Counted from the stretch's first letter, positions 9,096-21,238 are shown. The stretch: DNA of 64,000 bases from an uncultured Burkholderiales bacterium (GCA_964523885.1 CAZFYX010000038.1:64255-128254); one strand, 5' to 3'. Numbers and translations are program-made. The notes: generated from the letters alone by a model not told the origin.

Positions 9096-9125
9096 GTAAC
9101 CCGGTGGCCTGCATGCAGTGGCCCG

Positions 9126-9869
9126 TCATCCCCTGCGTCCGGCGGTGGCACGGTTCACCGCGTCGAAGTCGATGACCCGGTCGAACAACGGCGACAGCGC
9201 GGCGTCGTGACTCACGAATACCAGCGCGGCCCGCGCACGCTCGCACTCATGGAACAGCAGGTCGATGAATGCGGTGCGTCGGTCATGGTCGAGCGCGGAG
9301 GTGGGCTCGTCGGCGATCACCAGTTCAGGTGCGCCGATGAGCGCACGGGCAGCCGCCACGCGCTGCTGCTGTCCCACGCTCAGCTCGGTGATCCGTCGGT
9401 CGATGAGATCGGGTGCACCCATGTCGAGCTGGCCGAGCAGGCGGCGGGCCTCCTCCTGCATCCCGCCGGCTCGTACCGCATTCTCGCGACGCCGCGCCGA
9501 GAATCCGCATGCGAGGGTCACATTCTCCAGGACGGACAGGTAAGGGATCAGGTTGAACATCTGGAAGATGAACCCGATGTGGTCGGCGCGGAAGCGGTCC
9601 CGCTGCGCGCCGCCCAGCGTCGCCAGGTCACGGCCCAGCACCCTGACCTGGCCGGTCCCGGCCGTGACCACCCCCGCGAGCAGGCTGAGGAGGGTCGACT
9701 TGCCGCTGCCGCTGGGGCCGCGCACGAAGACCCGCTCGCCGAGGTGCACCTGCACCTGCTGAAGGTCCAGGACTGCGCCCGCTGTCGCGGACCAGGCGAA
9801 GCGCAGCCTCGAGATGTCGACGATCGGTTCTGCAGTCGCTGCGGACGGGCTGTTGGTCGCGGCGGTCAT
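9126..9869 (-). CDS. ABC transporter ATP-binding protein (MacB/LolD-type)
   Basis: Walker A GPSGSGKST, Q-loop FIFQMFNL, signature LSVGQQQR, Walker B LVIADEP. Confidence 0.85.
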   Translation of the reverse strand: MTAATNSPSAATAEPIVDISRLRFAWSATAGAVLDLQQVQVHLGERVFVRGPSGSGKSTLLSLLAGVVTAGTGQVRVLGRDLATLGGAQRDRFRADHIGFIFQMFNLIPYLSVLENVTLACGFSARRRENAVRAGGMQEEARRLLGQLDMGAPDLIDRRITELSVGQQQRVAAARALIGAPELVIADEPTSALDHDRRTAFIDLLFHECERARAALVFVSHDAALSPLFDRVIDFDAVNRATAGRRG

Positions 9870-9966
9870 CGGTTCGCCGGGGATGGCAGTTGCGCGGGCA
9901 TGCAGGGATCAGGCTCGGCCGTGCTCCATGGATGGATATGTCGGGCGGTATATCCGGCAGCCGCTG

Positions 9967-10104
9967 TCAGCCGAACAGGCCCATCGCCCATGCCACGCCG
10001 AGCCACAGCAACGCGACCAGGCCAAGTGCATGGCAGATCCGGGCCAGTGCGCTGGAGGGGAAGGCGGCATGCCACGGCACGTGCAGCCGGGGGCGGAACC
10101 TCAT
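9967..10104 (-). CDS. candidate 45-codon small membrane protein
   Basis: Too short for the ORF track. ATG preceded by GGAGAC, 22 nt after the DUF3299 stop. Sequence MRFRPRLHVPWHAAFPSSALARICHALGLVALLWLGVAWAMGLFG has one hydrophobic helix and G/C-rich third positions. Unverified. Confidence 0.25.
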   Translation of the reverse strand: MRFRPRLHVPWHAAFPSSALARICHALGLVALLWLGVAWAMGLFG

Positions 10105-10126
10105 ATGTCGTCTCCAGCCATCGGCT

Positions 10127-10726
10127 TCAGGGACGATATGGCGTGACGCTGGTCGCGCGCATCCGGTAGCTCGCGTCGCCCATCGAGGTATTCGAGCTCG
10201 ACGCCTGCAGCACTCCGTTCACCCACACCGCATCCATCGCACGCACCTTCGACGCCGGTGGATCGGCGACCACATGGATGATCTGGTTCGCCGGTGGCGG
10301 CGGAACGTGGATGCAAGCGCCGAAGTAGGGGACGAGCAGGAACTCCGAGATCCTTTCCCCGGCCTTCTCCAGGGGTACCAGGAAGCCTGGGATGCGCACC
10401 GCAGCGCCGTTCAGCTCCGGGTTCACCGGCGCCTTCCTCCATTCCTCGCGCAGCTTCTCCAGCGCGCGCATGGCCCTGGGGTCGGCGTCACTGAGCTGGT
10501 CCAGGTTGATGCCCTTCAGCGCGGCCATCGGGTTCCATGTGCGCGGCATCAACTCGTCCCATGTGATGCTCCGGAAGCGCTGCTCCGGGCTGGCACGCAG
10601 CTGCTCCGCATGCAGCCGGTCTCCCACCTTGTATCGAGGTTCGGTCGTGCCGGCGCCGCCCGCGAGCCGGTGCCCGCAGGCCAGCATCAGCGCCAGCAGC
10701 ACTGCGCCCCCGATCCTCGATTGCAT
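10127..10726 (-). CDS. DUF3299-family periplasmic/lipoprotein
   Basis: Signal peptide with LMLAC lipobox. Family-typical core IPGFLVPLE...EFLLVPYFGACIHVPPPPANQIIHV. The rest of the 718-aa track ORF is antisense to the permease gene. Confidence 0.7.
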   Translation of the reverse strand: MQSRIGGAVLLALMLACGHRLAGGAGTTEPRYKVGDRLHAEQLRASPEQRFRSITWDELMPRTWNPMAALKGINLDQLSDADPRAMRALEKLREEWRKAPVNPELNGAAVRIPGFLVPLEKAGERISEFLLVPYFGACIHVPPPPANQIIHVVADPPASKVRAMDAVWVNGVLQASSSNTSMGDASYRMRATSVTPYRP

Positions 10727-10737
10727 CGAGCGCCGCG

Positions 10738-12000
10738 TCACAGTCGTGGAGACAGGCCGTCGGCGAGCGAGAGGCGGTACGCGCGGTAGGCCGGGAGGGT
10801 GCTGATCAACGCACCCGCCAGCGCCACGATGCCCAGCAGTGCCAGCTCGTCGGCGCCAGGCAGGTACGCCCGCGGCGACAGGCCGAAGTAGTTCTCCAGC
10901 ACGGGGCGCAGCACGATGGCGAGTCCGTTGACGGACGCCAGCCCCAGCAGGGCACCGGCCAGTGCGACGAAGGAGCCTTCCAGCGCCAGGAGCAGGAAGA
11001 CATCGCCCGGCCGCGCCCCGACCGATCGCAGGATGGCCAGCTCGCGGCGACGTTCGTTGAGCCCCGCCAGGATGACCGCGGCGAGACCGGCAAGACCGAC
11101 GGCGACCACCATGGCGAAGGCCGCCTGCAGCGCCCGCTCGGCAACCCCGACCACCTCCCAAAGCTGATCGAGGGTGACTCCCGGCAATACCGCCATCAAG
11201 GGCTCGCCACCGTAGCCCTGCACGTCGCGCTGCACCGCGAACACCGCGGCCCTGGACTTCAGACCCACGAGCACCGCCGTGACCGTCTTCGGCGTCAGGT
11301 CGAATTTCCGGGCCTGGGCGGCCGAGATGGAGAGACCGGGTATCGGCGCGCCGGCCTGCCAGTCCAAGTGGATCGCCTCCATCCCCTCCAGCGAGATATG
11401 CACCGTGCGATCCACCGGCGTGCCGGTCGGAGCGAGGATACCGACGGCCGTGAACGGCTTGTCCGCGTGCTCCGCCAGCGTCACCGGGCCGGTTCCGTGC
11501 GACAGCGTGATCTGCTGGCCGAGCTGGTATCCCAGCTGCTGCGCCACCTCGGCACCGAGCACCGCCTCGAACACGTCTGCGAAGGGACGCCCCTGAGCCA
11601 GGGCCAGGGGCCTGGACTCTCCGTAGCGGAACCGGTCGAAGTAGGCGGTGGTGGTGCCCAGCACCGGAAAGCCGCGGTGCGAGTCGCCAAGGGAAAGCGG
11701 CACGGTCCAGGCGACGGCGCGGTGCCGGCCGAGCATCTCCACGCTGGACCAGGACACGTTGTTGGTGGCCTCGCCCATGCGGAACACCGCGTAGAGCATC
11801 AGCTGGACCGGGCTGCCGCGCGCGCCCACGACCAGATCCACTCCGGAGACCGACTGCGAGAAGCTGCGCCGCGCCTCGTGCCGCAGCCGCTCGATGCCGA
11901 GCAGCAGGGACACCGACACGGCGATCGCCACCAGCGTGAGCCCCAGCGTGAACCTGCGGTTGACCGCGCTCTTCCATGCGAGTGCAACGAGTTGCCTCAT
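10738..12000 (-). CDS. ABC transporter permease, FtsX/MacB-type with large periplasmic domain
   Basis: 420 aa. N-terminal TM, a ~230-aa periplasmic domain, then a C-terminal FtsX 3-TM bundle (ERRRELAILRSVGA...). Confidence 0.85.
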   Translation of the reverse strand: MRQLVALAWKSAVNRRFTLGLTLVAIAVSVSLLLGIERLRHEARRSFSQSVSGVDLVVGARGSPVQLMLYAVFRMGEATNNVSWSSVEMLGRHRAVAWTVPLSLGDSHRGFPVLGTTTAYFDRFRYGESRPLALAQGRPFADVFEAVLGAEVAQQLGYQLGQQITLSHGTGPVTLAEHADKPFTAVGILAPTGTPVDRTVHISLEGMEAIHLDWQAGAPIPGLSISAAQARKFDLTPKTVTAVLVGLKSRAAVFAVQRDVQGYGGEPLMAVLPGVTLDQLWEVVGVAERALQAAFAMVVAVGLAGLAAVILAGLNERRRELAILRSVGARPGDVFLLLALEGSFVALAGALLGLASVNGLAIVLRPVLENYFGLSPRAYLPGADELALLGIVALAGALISTLPAYRAYRLSLADGLSPRL

Positions 12001-12047
12001 CGCCGCTGGGGCCTGCCGGACGAACGGGCGCGCGGATACCTTTTGGC

Positions 12048-12064
12048 ATGCAACATGGTTGCAT
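12048..12064. promoter_or_regulatory. candidate Zur operator, perfect 7-3-7 palindrome (ATGCAACATGGTTGCAT)
   Basis: Lies 48 nt upstream of the permease ATG (12000, minus strand). On the minus strand it overlaps a CATAAT -10-like hexamer. Confidence 0.6.
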
Positions 12065-12267
12065 TATGACCGTTGGGCGCGGGCAGCTCAAGCCTCTTCC
12101 GCAGTCGGAGGGCTTGCGCCGGCTTGACGGGAGTGCCGGCACCCGCGCCATCCCGAGCGGGCGGGTTCCAGTGCACAATAGCGCCCATGGGCAGCGTCGG
12201 GGCGCCCTAACCGGATACAGGGCAGCGCATCGGCCGGACAGGCCCCACGTAACAGGAGAAAGGAAGC

Positions 12268-13332
12268 ATGGCTCTCGCAACACTTCGTCAGGTGCTGGAT
12301 CACGCCGCCGAGAACAACTACGGCGTGCCGGCCTTCAACGTCAACAACCTGGAGCAGATGCGCGCCATCATGGAGGCGGCCGACGAGACCGACAGCCCGG
12401 TCATCGTCCAGGCCTCCGCCGGCGCCCGCAAGTACGCCGGCGCGCCCTTCCTGCGCCACCTGATCCAGGCTGCCGTTGAGGAGTGGCCGCACATCCCGGT
12501 GGTGATGCACCAGGACCACGGCGCCAGCCCGGGCGTCTGCCAGCGCTCGATCCAGCTCGGCTTCTCGTCGGTCATGATGGACGGCTCGCTCAAGGAGGAC
12601 ATGAAGACTCCGGCCTCCTACGAGTACAACGTGGACGTCACCCGCCGGGTGGTCGACATGGCGCACTCCTGTGGCGTGTCGGTGGAAGGCGAACTGGGCT
12701 GCCTGGGCTCGCTGGAGAGCGGCATGGCGGGCGAGGAAGACGGCTCGGGCGCGGAGGGCAAGCTGGACCACTCGCAGCTGCTGACCGATCCCGACCAGGC
12801 CGCCGACTTCGTGAAGAAGACCAAGGTCGATGCACTTGCGATCGCGATCGGCACTTCGCACGGCGCCTACAAGTTCACGCGCCCGCCCACCGGTGACATC
12901 CTCGCGATCGAGCGGATCAAGGAGATCCATCGCCGCATCCCCAACACCCACCTCGTGATGCACGGCTCCAGCTCGGTGCCCCAGGACTGGCTCAAGATCA
13001 TCAACACCTATGGCGGCGCGATGGGCGAGACCTATGGCGTGCCGGTCGAGGAGATCCAGGAAGGCATCAAGCACGGGGTGCGCAAGGTCAACATCGACAC
13101 CGACCTGCGCATGGCCTCCACCGGCGCAGTGCGCAAGTTCCTGGCCGAGAACCCCAAGGAGTTCGACCCGCGCAAATGGCTCGCCGTAACGACCAAGGCG
13201 ATGAAGGAGATCTGCAAGGCGCGATATGTGGCCTTCGGGACCGCGGGCAACGCCTCGAAGATCCGCACCATCGGCCTGGAGGCGATGGTCAAGCGCTACG
13301 ACAAGGGCGAGCTCGATCCGAAGGTAAGTTGA
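12268..13332 (+). CDS. fba: class II fructose-1,6-bisphosphate aldolase (354-aa Calvin-cycle/FbaA subtype)
   Basis: Full-length match to the family pattern ([12 protein letters not shown]..., [32 protein letters not shown]). SD AGGAGAAAGGAAG. Confidence 0.9.
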   Translation: MALATLRQVLDHAAENNYGVPAFNVNNLEQMRAIMEAADETDSPVIVQASAGARKYAGAPFLRHLIQAAVEEWPHIPVVMHQDHGASPGVCQRSIQLGFSSVMMDGSLKEDMKTPASYEYNVDVTRRVVDMAHSCGVSVEGELGCLGSLESGMAGEEDGSGAEGKLDHSQLLTDPDQAADFVKKTKVDALAIAIGTSHGAYKFTRPPTGDILAIERIKEIHRRIPNTHLVMHGSSSVPQDWLKIINTYGGAMGETYGVPVEEIQEGIKHGVRKVNIDTDLRMASTGAVRKFLAENPKEFDPRKWLAVTTKAMKEICKARYVAFGTAGNASKIRTIGLEAMVKRYDKGELDPKVS

Positions 13333-13358
13333 GCCCCTAGCCAGGCGGGCTCTGTGCG

Positions 13359-13892
13359 ATGGACGACGCCGCACCTGGACGTGGAGGCTGGAAGGCCCGG
13401 ATCGGCGAGGAGCTGATCGAGTATTCGATCAATGTCGTCTACCTTGCGATTGTCTTCGCGGCCTTCACCAACTACCGCCGGCTGATCCTCGCTTCTTACG
13501 GCATCGTCTACACCGACTATTGGGTGGCGGTGATCGAAGCGCTGATCCTGGGCAAGGTGATCATGATCGCGAGCGTCCTGCGCATCGGCCGGCGCCTGGA
13601 GCGGGCGCCCCTCATCTTCTCGACGCTCTACAAGACCACGGCGTTCACGGTTTTCGTCGCGGTCTTCAAGCTGGCCGAGCATACCGTCAGGGCGCTCTGG
13701 CACGGCGAGGGCATCGCCGGCGGACTCATCGTGGTCGCCGAGAGGGGGCTGCCGGTGGTGCTGGCCAACAGCCTGGTGATCCTGGTCGCGTTCATCCCGT
13801 TCTTCGCCGTCAAGGAGCTGGCGCGGGTGATGGGCAGGGGCAGGATCGCGGCGCTGTTCTTCCGCAAGCCGGCGTCGCCGCCTGTCCCTTGA
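13359..13892 (+). CDS. hypothetical integral membrane protein
   Basis: About four hydrophobic helices and coding-like composition. No family recognised. Confidence 0.5.
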   Translation: MDDAAPGRGGWKARIGEELIEYSINVVYLAIVFAAFTNYRRLILASYGIVYTDYWVAVIEALILGKVIMIASVLRIGRRLERAPLIFSTLYKTTAFTVFVAVFKLAEHTVRALWHGEGIAGGLIVVAERGLPVVLANSLVILVAFIPFFAVKELARVMGRGRIAALFFRKPASPPVP

Positions 13893-13898
13893 TCCGCG

Positions 13899-15023
13899 TC
13901 ACTGCGCCGGGATCGTCAGCACCGGTGCCGGTCCCTTGCTGCCGGTGTCCACCATCGCGAAGGCGAACAGCAGGAAGGAGAAGACGCGCTTGGACAGCAG
14001 GTCGCGATCGTCGATCCAGAACCAGTAGCCGCGGTAGGGTACCGCGACCGCAGCGTCCTTGGGCGGCTCGCTCGAGCTGTGGACCTGCACCAGCGGAGCG
14101 ATCGGTCCGGTCGGCCCCATCTCCATCCCGGTATTGGCGCTGGTCCGGTGCTGTACCACATGCGGTTCCGGCACTGTGATCGAACGCGCGACCGCACTCA
14201 GGACCTGCAGGATGGACCGGCTCAGGATCGCGATCTCCTTGTCGTTCGCCGCCAGGGAGCCGTACACCACGGCGAATTCGCCTGCGCCCGTATCGAGGCC
14301 GAGCAGCTTGCGAATCGCGATGCTGTCGGTCTCGTCGGCTGTTCCGCCCTGCTGCCGCAGCGTGATCAAGGTGGTGCCGCCCTTGTCCTGACGCATCACG
14401 CGCAGGGAGAGCGCGCCGGCGGACTGGACGCGACGCAGCCGCGCGAGCAGCTCGTAGAACTCCGGATCGGCAGGATGCGTCTGCAGGTCGCCGCTGGGCT
14501 GGTTGCGGATGCCGTTGATCTCCTGGACGGTGAGCCGGAACACCAGGTCGATCGGCGTGCCGCCTTGCGCCAGGCTCAGGATGGAAGCTGGCGGGATCGG
14601 GGTGAGCAGCTGACGTGCGAACTGCTCACCCGACAGTGGCGCATAAGTGACGGTCGGCCGGTCGATGAACTGGCCCTGTGCGCCCAGGCCGATGCTGCTG
14701 TTGATGCCGCCAATCGTGTTGTTCTGCAGATTGTTGCTGGTGCCCGCCACCGAGAACGTGCTCTGCACCTGGTAGCCCGCCACGATCTGGCCCACCTCGA
14801 GGAACATGGGCGTGTCGCCGTAGCGCAGCTTGACCAGGTTGAGCAGCATCTGGCGCTGCCAGGATTCGGCGACCGCCGTGGTGTAGTCGAGGCGGTCGCG
14901 GGTGACCGTGCCCGGCCCGATGCTGCTGCAGCCGGCTGCGAGGACCGCCGCAGCGAGGACCAAGCCCGTTGCAGCCGCTCCTCGCAGTTGCAGGATCCAC
15001 TTCCTTCTGATGTCGTCGAGCAA
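13899..15023 (-). CDS. hypothetical lipoprotein (374 aa)
   Basis: Signal peptide with lipobox LAAGC/SS. Sequence looks like a conserved protein, but I do not recognise the family. Confidence 0.6.
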   Translation of the reverse strand: MLDDIRRKWILQLRGAAATGLVLAAAVLAAGCSSIGPGTVTRDRLDYTTAVAESWQRQMLLNLVKLRYGDTPMFLEVGQIVAGYQVQSTFSVAGTSNNLQNNTIGGINSSIGLGAQGQFIDRPTVTYAPLSGEQFARQLLTPIPPASILSLAQGGTPIDLVFRLTVQEINGIRNQPSGDLQTHPADPEFYELLARLRRVQSAGALSLRVMRQDKGGTTLITLRQQGGTADETDSIAIRKLLGLDTGAGEFAVVYGSLAANDKEIAILSRSILQVLSAVARSITVPEPHVVQHRTSANTGMEMGPTGPIAPLVQVHSSSEPPKDAAVAVPYRGYWFWIDDRDLLSKRVFSFLLFAFAMVDTGSKGPAPVLTIPAQ

Positions 15024-15086
15024 ACTTCAGGCCCTCGTCCTGAACAGGTCAGCGTCATTATGCATGCCTTGCGCGATTGCGGCAGG

Positions 15087-15122
15087 CCAAAAGCAAGGGG
15101 GCCGGCGCTTGCGCCGGCCCCC
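15087..15122 (-). terminator. rho-independent terminator after the DUF3313 gene
   Basis: On the minus strand, GGGGGCCGGCGC-AA-GCGCCGGCCCCC (12-bp stem) is followed by TTGCTTTTGG. Confidence 0.65.
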
Positions 15123-15153
15123 GGAGCCGTTTCGCGCGGTCTTCCGCGCGTCG

Positions 15154-15864
15154 CTACTTGATCGGCTTGACGTACTTCTCCAGCTCCGGATAGGCTCTCT
15201 TCGCGAGCTCATCCACCAGCGGCTTCACCGTCTCGAAAGTGATCTGCTCGGTGCCGCCCTCGGCCACCGTGCGCCGAATCCCTTCGCCCGAGGCGAGTCT
15301 GACCCGTTGCGCGAGGACCTCGTTGCTCACGCTGTCCTTGATCTCGCTCTCCACGACCAGAAACGCACGTTGCGGAGTGCCCGCCATGGCGCGCGTCGTC
15401 ACGGTCGCGACGAAGGCAAGTGGCACATACTGATATGCGGACAGACTCTCGCCTTCGGCGGCGACGGCACTGAAGGCACTGCGCAGACGCACCACCCCTG
15501 GCCCGGGCTGATCCACCAGCTTGAAGCGCGAGCCAAGCGACTGCTTCAGCGTCGCGTTCGTATAAGCGATGATCTGGTCCAGCGTCCCGGCGGTTACCCG
15601 CTCGGAGGGCTTCGGCTCGGGATAGAAGATCAGCGGGTCGAGGATGATCGCGTTGTAGTTCGCCGGCGTGAGCTTGGGGCTGGCCCAGCCGCGGATGATC
15701 TTCCCATCCGTGTCCTTTACCTCCTTCAGCTTGGAGTAGTCGCCCAGGAAACCGGAATTCGCCTCCGCCGCCTTGTCCATCTGCTTCTCGGTGGAGCTCG
15801 CGCACGCTGCGAGGATGCCGGCAAGGGCAACGGCCGCCAGTCTCGTGGCAATCGACTTGTTCAT
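15154..15864 (-). CDS. DUF3313-like lipoprotein
   Basis: Start at MNKSIATRLAAVALAGILAAC/AS (lipobox). The family assignment is from memory of DUF3313 sequence patterns. Confidence 0.55.
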   Translation of the reverse strand: MNKSIATRLAAVALAGILAACASSTEKQMDKAAEANSGFLGDYSKLKEVKDTDGKIIRGWASPKLTPANYNAIILDPLIFYPEPKPSERVTAGTLDQIIAYTNATLKQSLGSRFKLVDQPGPGVVRLRSAFSAVAAEGESLSAYQYVPLAFVATVTTRAMAGTPQRAFLVVESEIKDSVSNEVLAQRVRLASGEGIRRTVAEGGTEQITFETVKPLVDELAKRAYPELEKYVKPIK

Positions 15865-16043
15865 TGATCTGTGTCCCCTTATGTGGTCGCCATCTTGGCA
15901 ACGCTGAGAGTATAACCGGCGGCCGTGCACCCATTCCTTGCGCCAGATCAATGCCCCGACGGACAAGGCCTGTCATGAGATCGGCGCGGACGAAGTCGTG
16001 ACCGCGGCGCTCCCAGTACGCGCTGCGGGGCACAGCGCTGGCC

Positions 16044-18587
<2,544 letters not shown>

Positions 18588-18685
18588 GCCCGCAGAGCCG
18601 ACCTCAAGACGGTTGCCCCTGCACCGCCTTCCAGCGTGGGCGAGGCGCTCATGACTTGCTGTCCTTCTTCGCTATGTCTGCTGCT

Positions 18686-21082
18686 TCAGTACGGCCACAC
18701 CCAGTCCGAGATCTCGGAGCGGTCGCTGCCGTGCTCGTGCGCGTAGCTCAGGTTGAGGATGATCTCGTTCTTCATCCGCTCCTTCAGGTGTGCGGCCCGG
18801 GTCTGCAGGCGGGGCACGCGGTCGATCACGTCGATCACCAGATTGAACCGGTCGACCTGATTGAGGATCGCCAGCTCCATCGGCGTGTTGATGTTGCCCT
18901 TCTCCTTGTAGCCGCGCACGTGCAGGTTCTCGTGGTTGCGGAAGCGGTAGGCCAGCTTGTGGATCAGCCATGGGTAGCCGTGGAAGTTGAAGATCACCGG
19001 CCTGTCGGTGGTGAACAGGCTGTCGAACTCGCGCTCGGTGGACCCGTGCGGATGCTCGGTGGCCGGCTGCAGCTTGAACAGATCCACCACGTTGACGAAG
19101 CGTACCTTCAGATCCGGCAGGCTCTCGCGCAGGATCGCGGTGGCAGCCAGTGCTTCCTGCGTGGCCACGTCCCCGCAGGAGGCCATCACCACGTCCGGCT
19201 CCTGGCCCTCGTCGTTGCTCGCCCGCGCCCAGATGCCGATGCCCTTGGCGCAGTGGATGATGGCTTCGTCGATGGTGGTGAACTGCAGGTGCTTCTGCTT
19301 GTCCGCGACGATGACGTTGATGCAGTCGGTCGAGCGCAGGCAGTGGTCGGTCACGACGAGCAGCGTATTCGCGTCGGGCGGCAGATACACGCGCGTCACG
19401 CTCGGGCTCTTGTTGGTCACCAGGTCGATGAAGCCCGGGTCCTGGTGCGAGAAGCCGTTGTGGTCCTGGCGCCACACTGTCGACGAGAGCAGGATGTTCT
19501 CGGAGGCCACCGAGGCGCGCCAGGGCACGTGGTTCTTGCTGATGTCCAGCCACTTGGCGTGCTGGTTGAACATCGAGTCGACCACGTGCGCGAAGGCCTC
19601 GTAGGTGTGGAAGAAGCCGTGCCGGCCGGTCAGGAGGTAGCCCTCGAGCCAGCCGAGCAGGGTGTGCTCGGAGAGCATCTCCATCACGCGCCCGTCGCGG
19701 GTCAGCTCGCCGCCGTCGGCATCCTCGGGCAGCATCTGTGCCATCCAGACTTTCTTGCTCACCTCGTAGATGGCCTGCAGCCGGTTCGAGGCGGTCTCGT
19801 CGGGACCGAATACGCGGAAGCTGGTCATGTTCTCGCGCATCACGTCGCGCAGGAACTGGCCCATCGGATAGGTGTTCTCGTGCAGGACCTTGCCGGCCTG
19901 CCTGACGTCCACGGCGTAGCGGCGGAAGTCGGGCAGCTTGAGGTCCTTGCGCAGCAGACCGCCGTTGGCGTGCAGATTCGCGCTCATGCGCCGGTGGCCG
20001 GTGGGCGCGATGGCCCTGATCTCCGCGCGCAGCCGGCCATCTGCGTCGAACAGCTCCTGCGGCTTGTAGCTCTTCAGCCACGTTTCCAGGAGGTTCAGGT
20101 TTTCCTTGTTGCCGCGCACATCGGAGAAGGGGACCTGGTGCGAGCGCCACGAGCCTTCCACCTTGTGCCCGCGTATCTCCTTCGGTCCGGTCCAGCCCTT
20201 GGGCGAGCGCAGCACGATCATCGGCCAGCGCGGACGCTCCACCTCGCCCCCGCTGCGTGCCGATTTCTGCGCAGCGCGGATCTCGCTGATCGCCCGATCA
20301 AGCGTGGCGGCCATCAGTTGGTGCATCTGCCCGGGATCCGATCCCTCGACGAAGTAGGGCTTGTAGCCGTACCCGACGAACAGCGCTTCGAGCTCCTCGG
20401 GGCTGATGCGCGCGAGGATGGTCGGATTGGCGATCTTGTAGCCGTTCAGGTTGAGGATCGGCAGCACCGCGCCGTCGCGCGCGGGGTTGATGAACTTGTT
20501 GGAATGCCACGCCGTGGCCAGCGGCCCGGTCTCCGCTTCGCCATCGCCCACCACGCAGGCGACGATCAGGTCGGGGTTGTCGAGCGCCGCGCCGTAGGCG
20601 TGCGAGAGGCTGTAGCCCAGCTCGCCGCCCTCGTGGATGGAGCCGGGTGTCTCGGGCGTGACGTGCGAGCCGATGTGGCCGGGGAAGGAGAACTGCTTGA
20701 AGAACTTGCGCATCCCCTCCCGGTCCGCGCTCTTGTCCGGGTAGATCTCGGAGTAGGTGCCCTCGAGATAGCTCGGCCCCAGCACCCCCGGCGCGCCGTG
20801 ACCCGGGCCTGCCATGAAGATCATGTCGAGATCGTCGCGCCTGATCACCCGGTTCAGGTGCACCCAGACGAAGGAGAGCGCAGGACTCGCGCCCCAGTGG
20901 CCGAGCAGGCGGTGCTTGATGTCCTCGGGCTGAAGCGGCCGCTCCAGCAGCGGGTTGTCCTTCAGGTAGATCATCCCCACCGAGAGGTAGTTGCACGCCC
21001 GCCACCACGCGTCGATCAAACCGAGCTCTTCGCCGCCCAGTGGCGACTGGGATGGTGCCTCTGGTGCTTCCTGCTTTCCCAT
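18686..21082 (-). CDS. xfp: xylulose-5-phosphate/fructose-6-phosphate phosphoketolase
   Basis: 798 aa with a typical N-terminus ([21 protein letters not shown]) and ThDP motifs (GHWG, GPGHG, EGGELGY). SD GAGGAGG. Confidence 0.9.
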   Translation of the reverse strand: MGKQEAPEAPSQSPLGGEELGLIDAWWRACNYLSVGMIYLKDNPLLERPLQPEDIKHRLLGHWGASPALSFVWVHLNRVIRRDDLDMIFMAGPGHGAPGVLGPSYLEGTYSEIYPDKSADREGMRKFFKQFSFPGHIGSHVTPETPGSIHEGGELGYSLSHAYGAALDNPDLIVACVVGDGEAETGPLATAWHSNKFINPARDGAVLPILNLNGYKIANPTILARISPEELEALFVGYGYKPYFVEGSDPGQMHQLMAATLDRAISEIRAAQKSARSGGEVERPRWPMIVLRSPKGWTGPKEIRGHKVEGSWRSHQVPFSDVRGNKENLNLLETWLKSYKPQELFDADGRLRAEIRAIAPTGHRRMSANLHANGGLLRKDLKLPDFRRYAVDVRQAGKVLHENTYPMGQFLRDVMRENMTSFRVFGPDETASNRLQAIYEVSKKVWMAQMLPEDADGGELTRDGRVMEMLSEHTLLGWLEGYLLTGRHGFFHTYEAFAHVVDSMFNQHAKWLDISKNHVPWRASVASENILLSSTVWRQDHNGFSHQDPGFIDLVTNKSPSVTRVYLPPDANTLLVVTDHCLRSTDCINVIVADKQKHLQFTTIDEAIIHCAKGIGIWARASNDEGQEPDVVMASCGDVATQEALAATAILRESLPDLKVRFVNVVDLFKLQPATEHPHGSTEREFDSLFTTDRPVIFNFHGYPWLIHKLAYRFRNHENLHVRGYKEKGNINTPMELAILNQVDRFNLVIDVIDRVPRLQTRAAHLKERMKNEIILNLSYAHEHGSDRSEISDWVWPY

Positions 21083-21238
21083 TGCGAACCTCCTCAGAAT
21101 TGCGTTCCGGTCGCCATTGGAGCGTGCCGGACGTGCGCGGTTTCATACGCGGCGAGGATTACCGTTTTGCGGCTCCGCGACAGGCTTGCCGAGGAGCGCC
21201 CGGCCATGCAGTGCAACGGCCGGCGGGCTTAAGCGCGG

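Noticed and set aside
8750-9125. Possible cobalamin riboswitch in the znuC upstream region (a CTGCCATTG resembles the B12 box), or a coding upstream ORF whose TGA overlaps the znuC ATG.
   Set aside because: The conserved AGGGAA / GGTG..AA..CC / GCCACTG / GGGAAGG elements are not present. The overlapping frame translates to Arg/Pro/Ser-rich sequence (part of track ORF 8746-9246). The region is kept as an unexplained leader, not assigned to a class.
11983-11996. TGCAAC-GA-GTTGCC near the permease start codon, resembling a second operator.
   Set aside because: It has a 2-nt rather than a 3-nt spacer, an imperfect right arm, and lies inside the coding sequence (codons for QLVA). It is probably coincidental.
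12065-12267. The Zn-dependent class II aldolase fba as a Zur target, because it shares the spacer with the 12048 operator.
   Set aside because: The box is 204 nt from the fba ATG and is positioned over the -10 of the opposite-strand promoter. There is no sequence evidence for regulation of fba.
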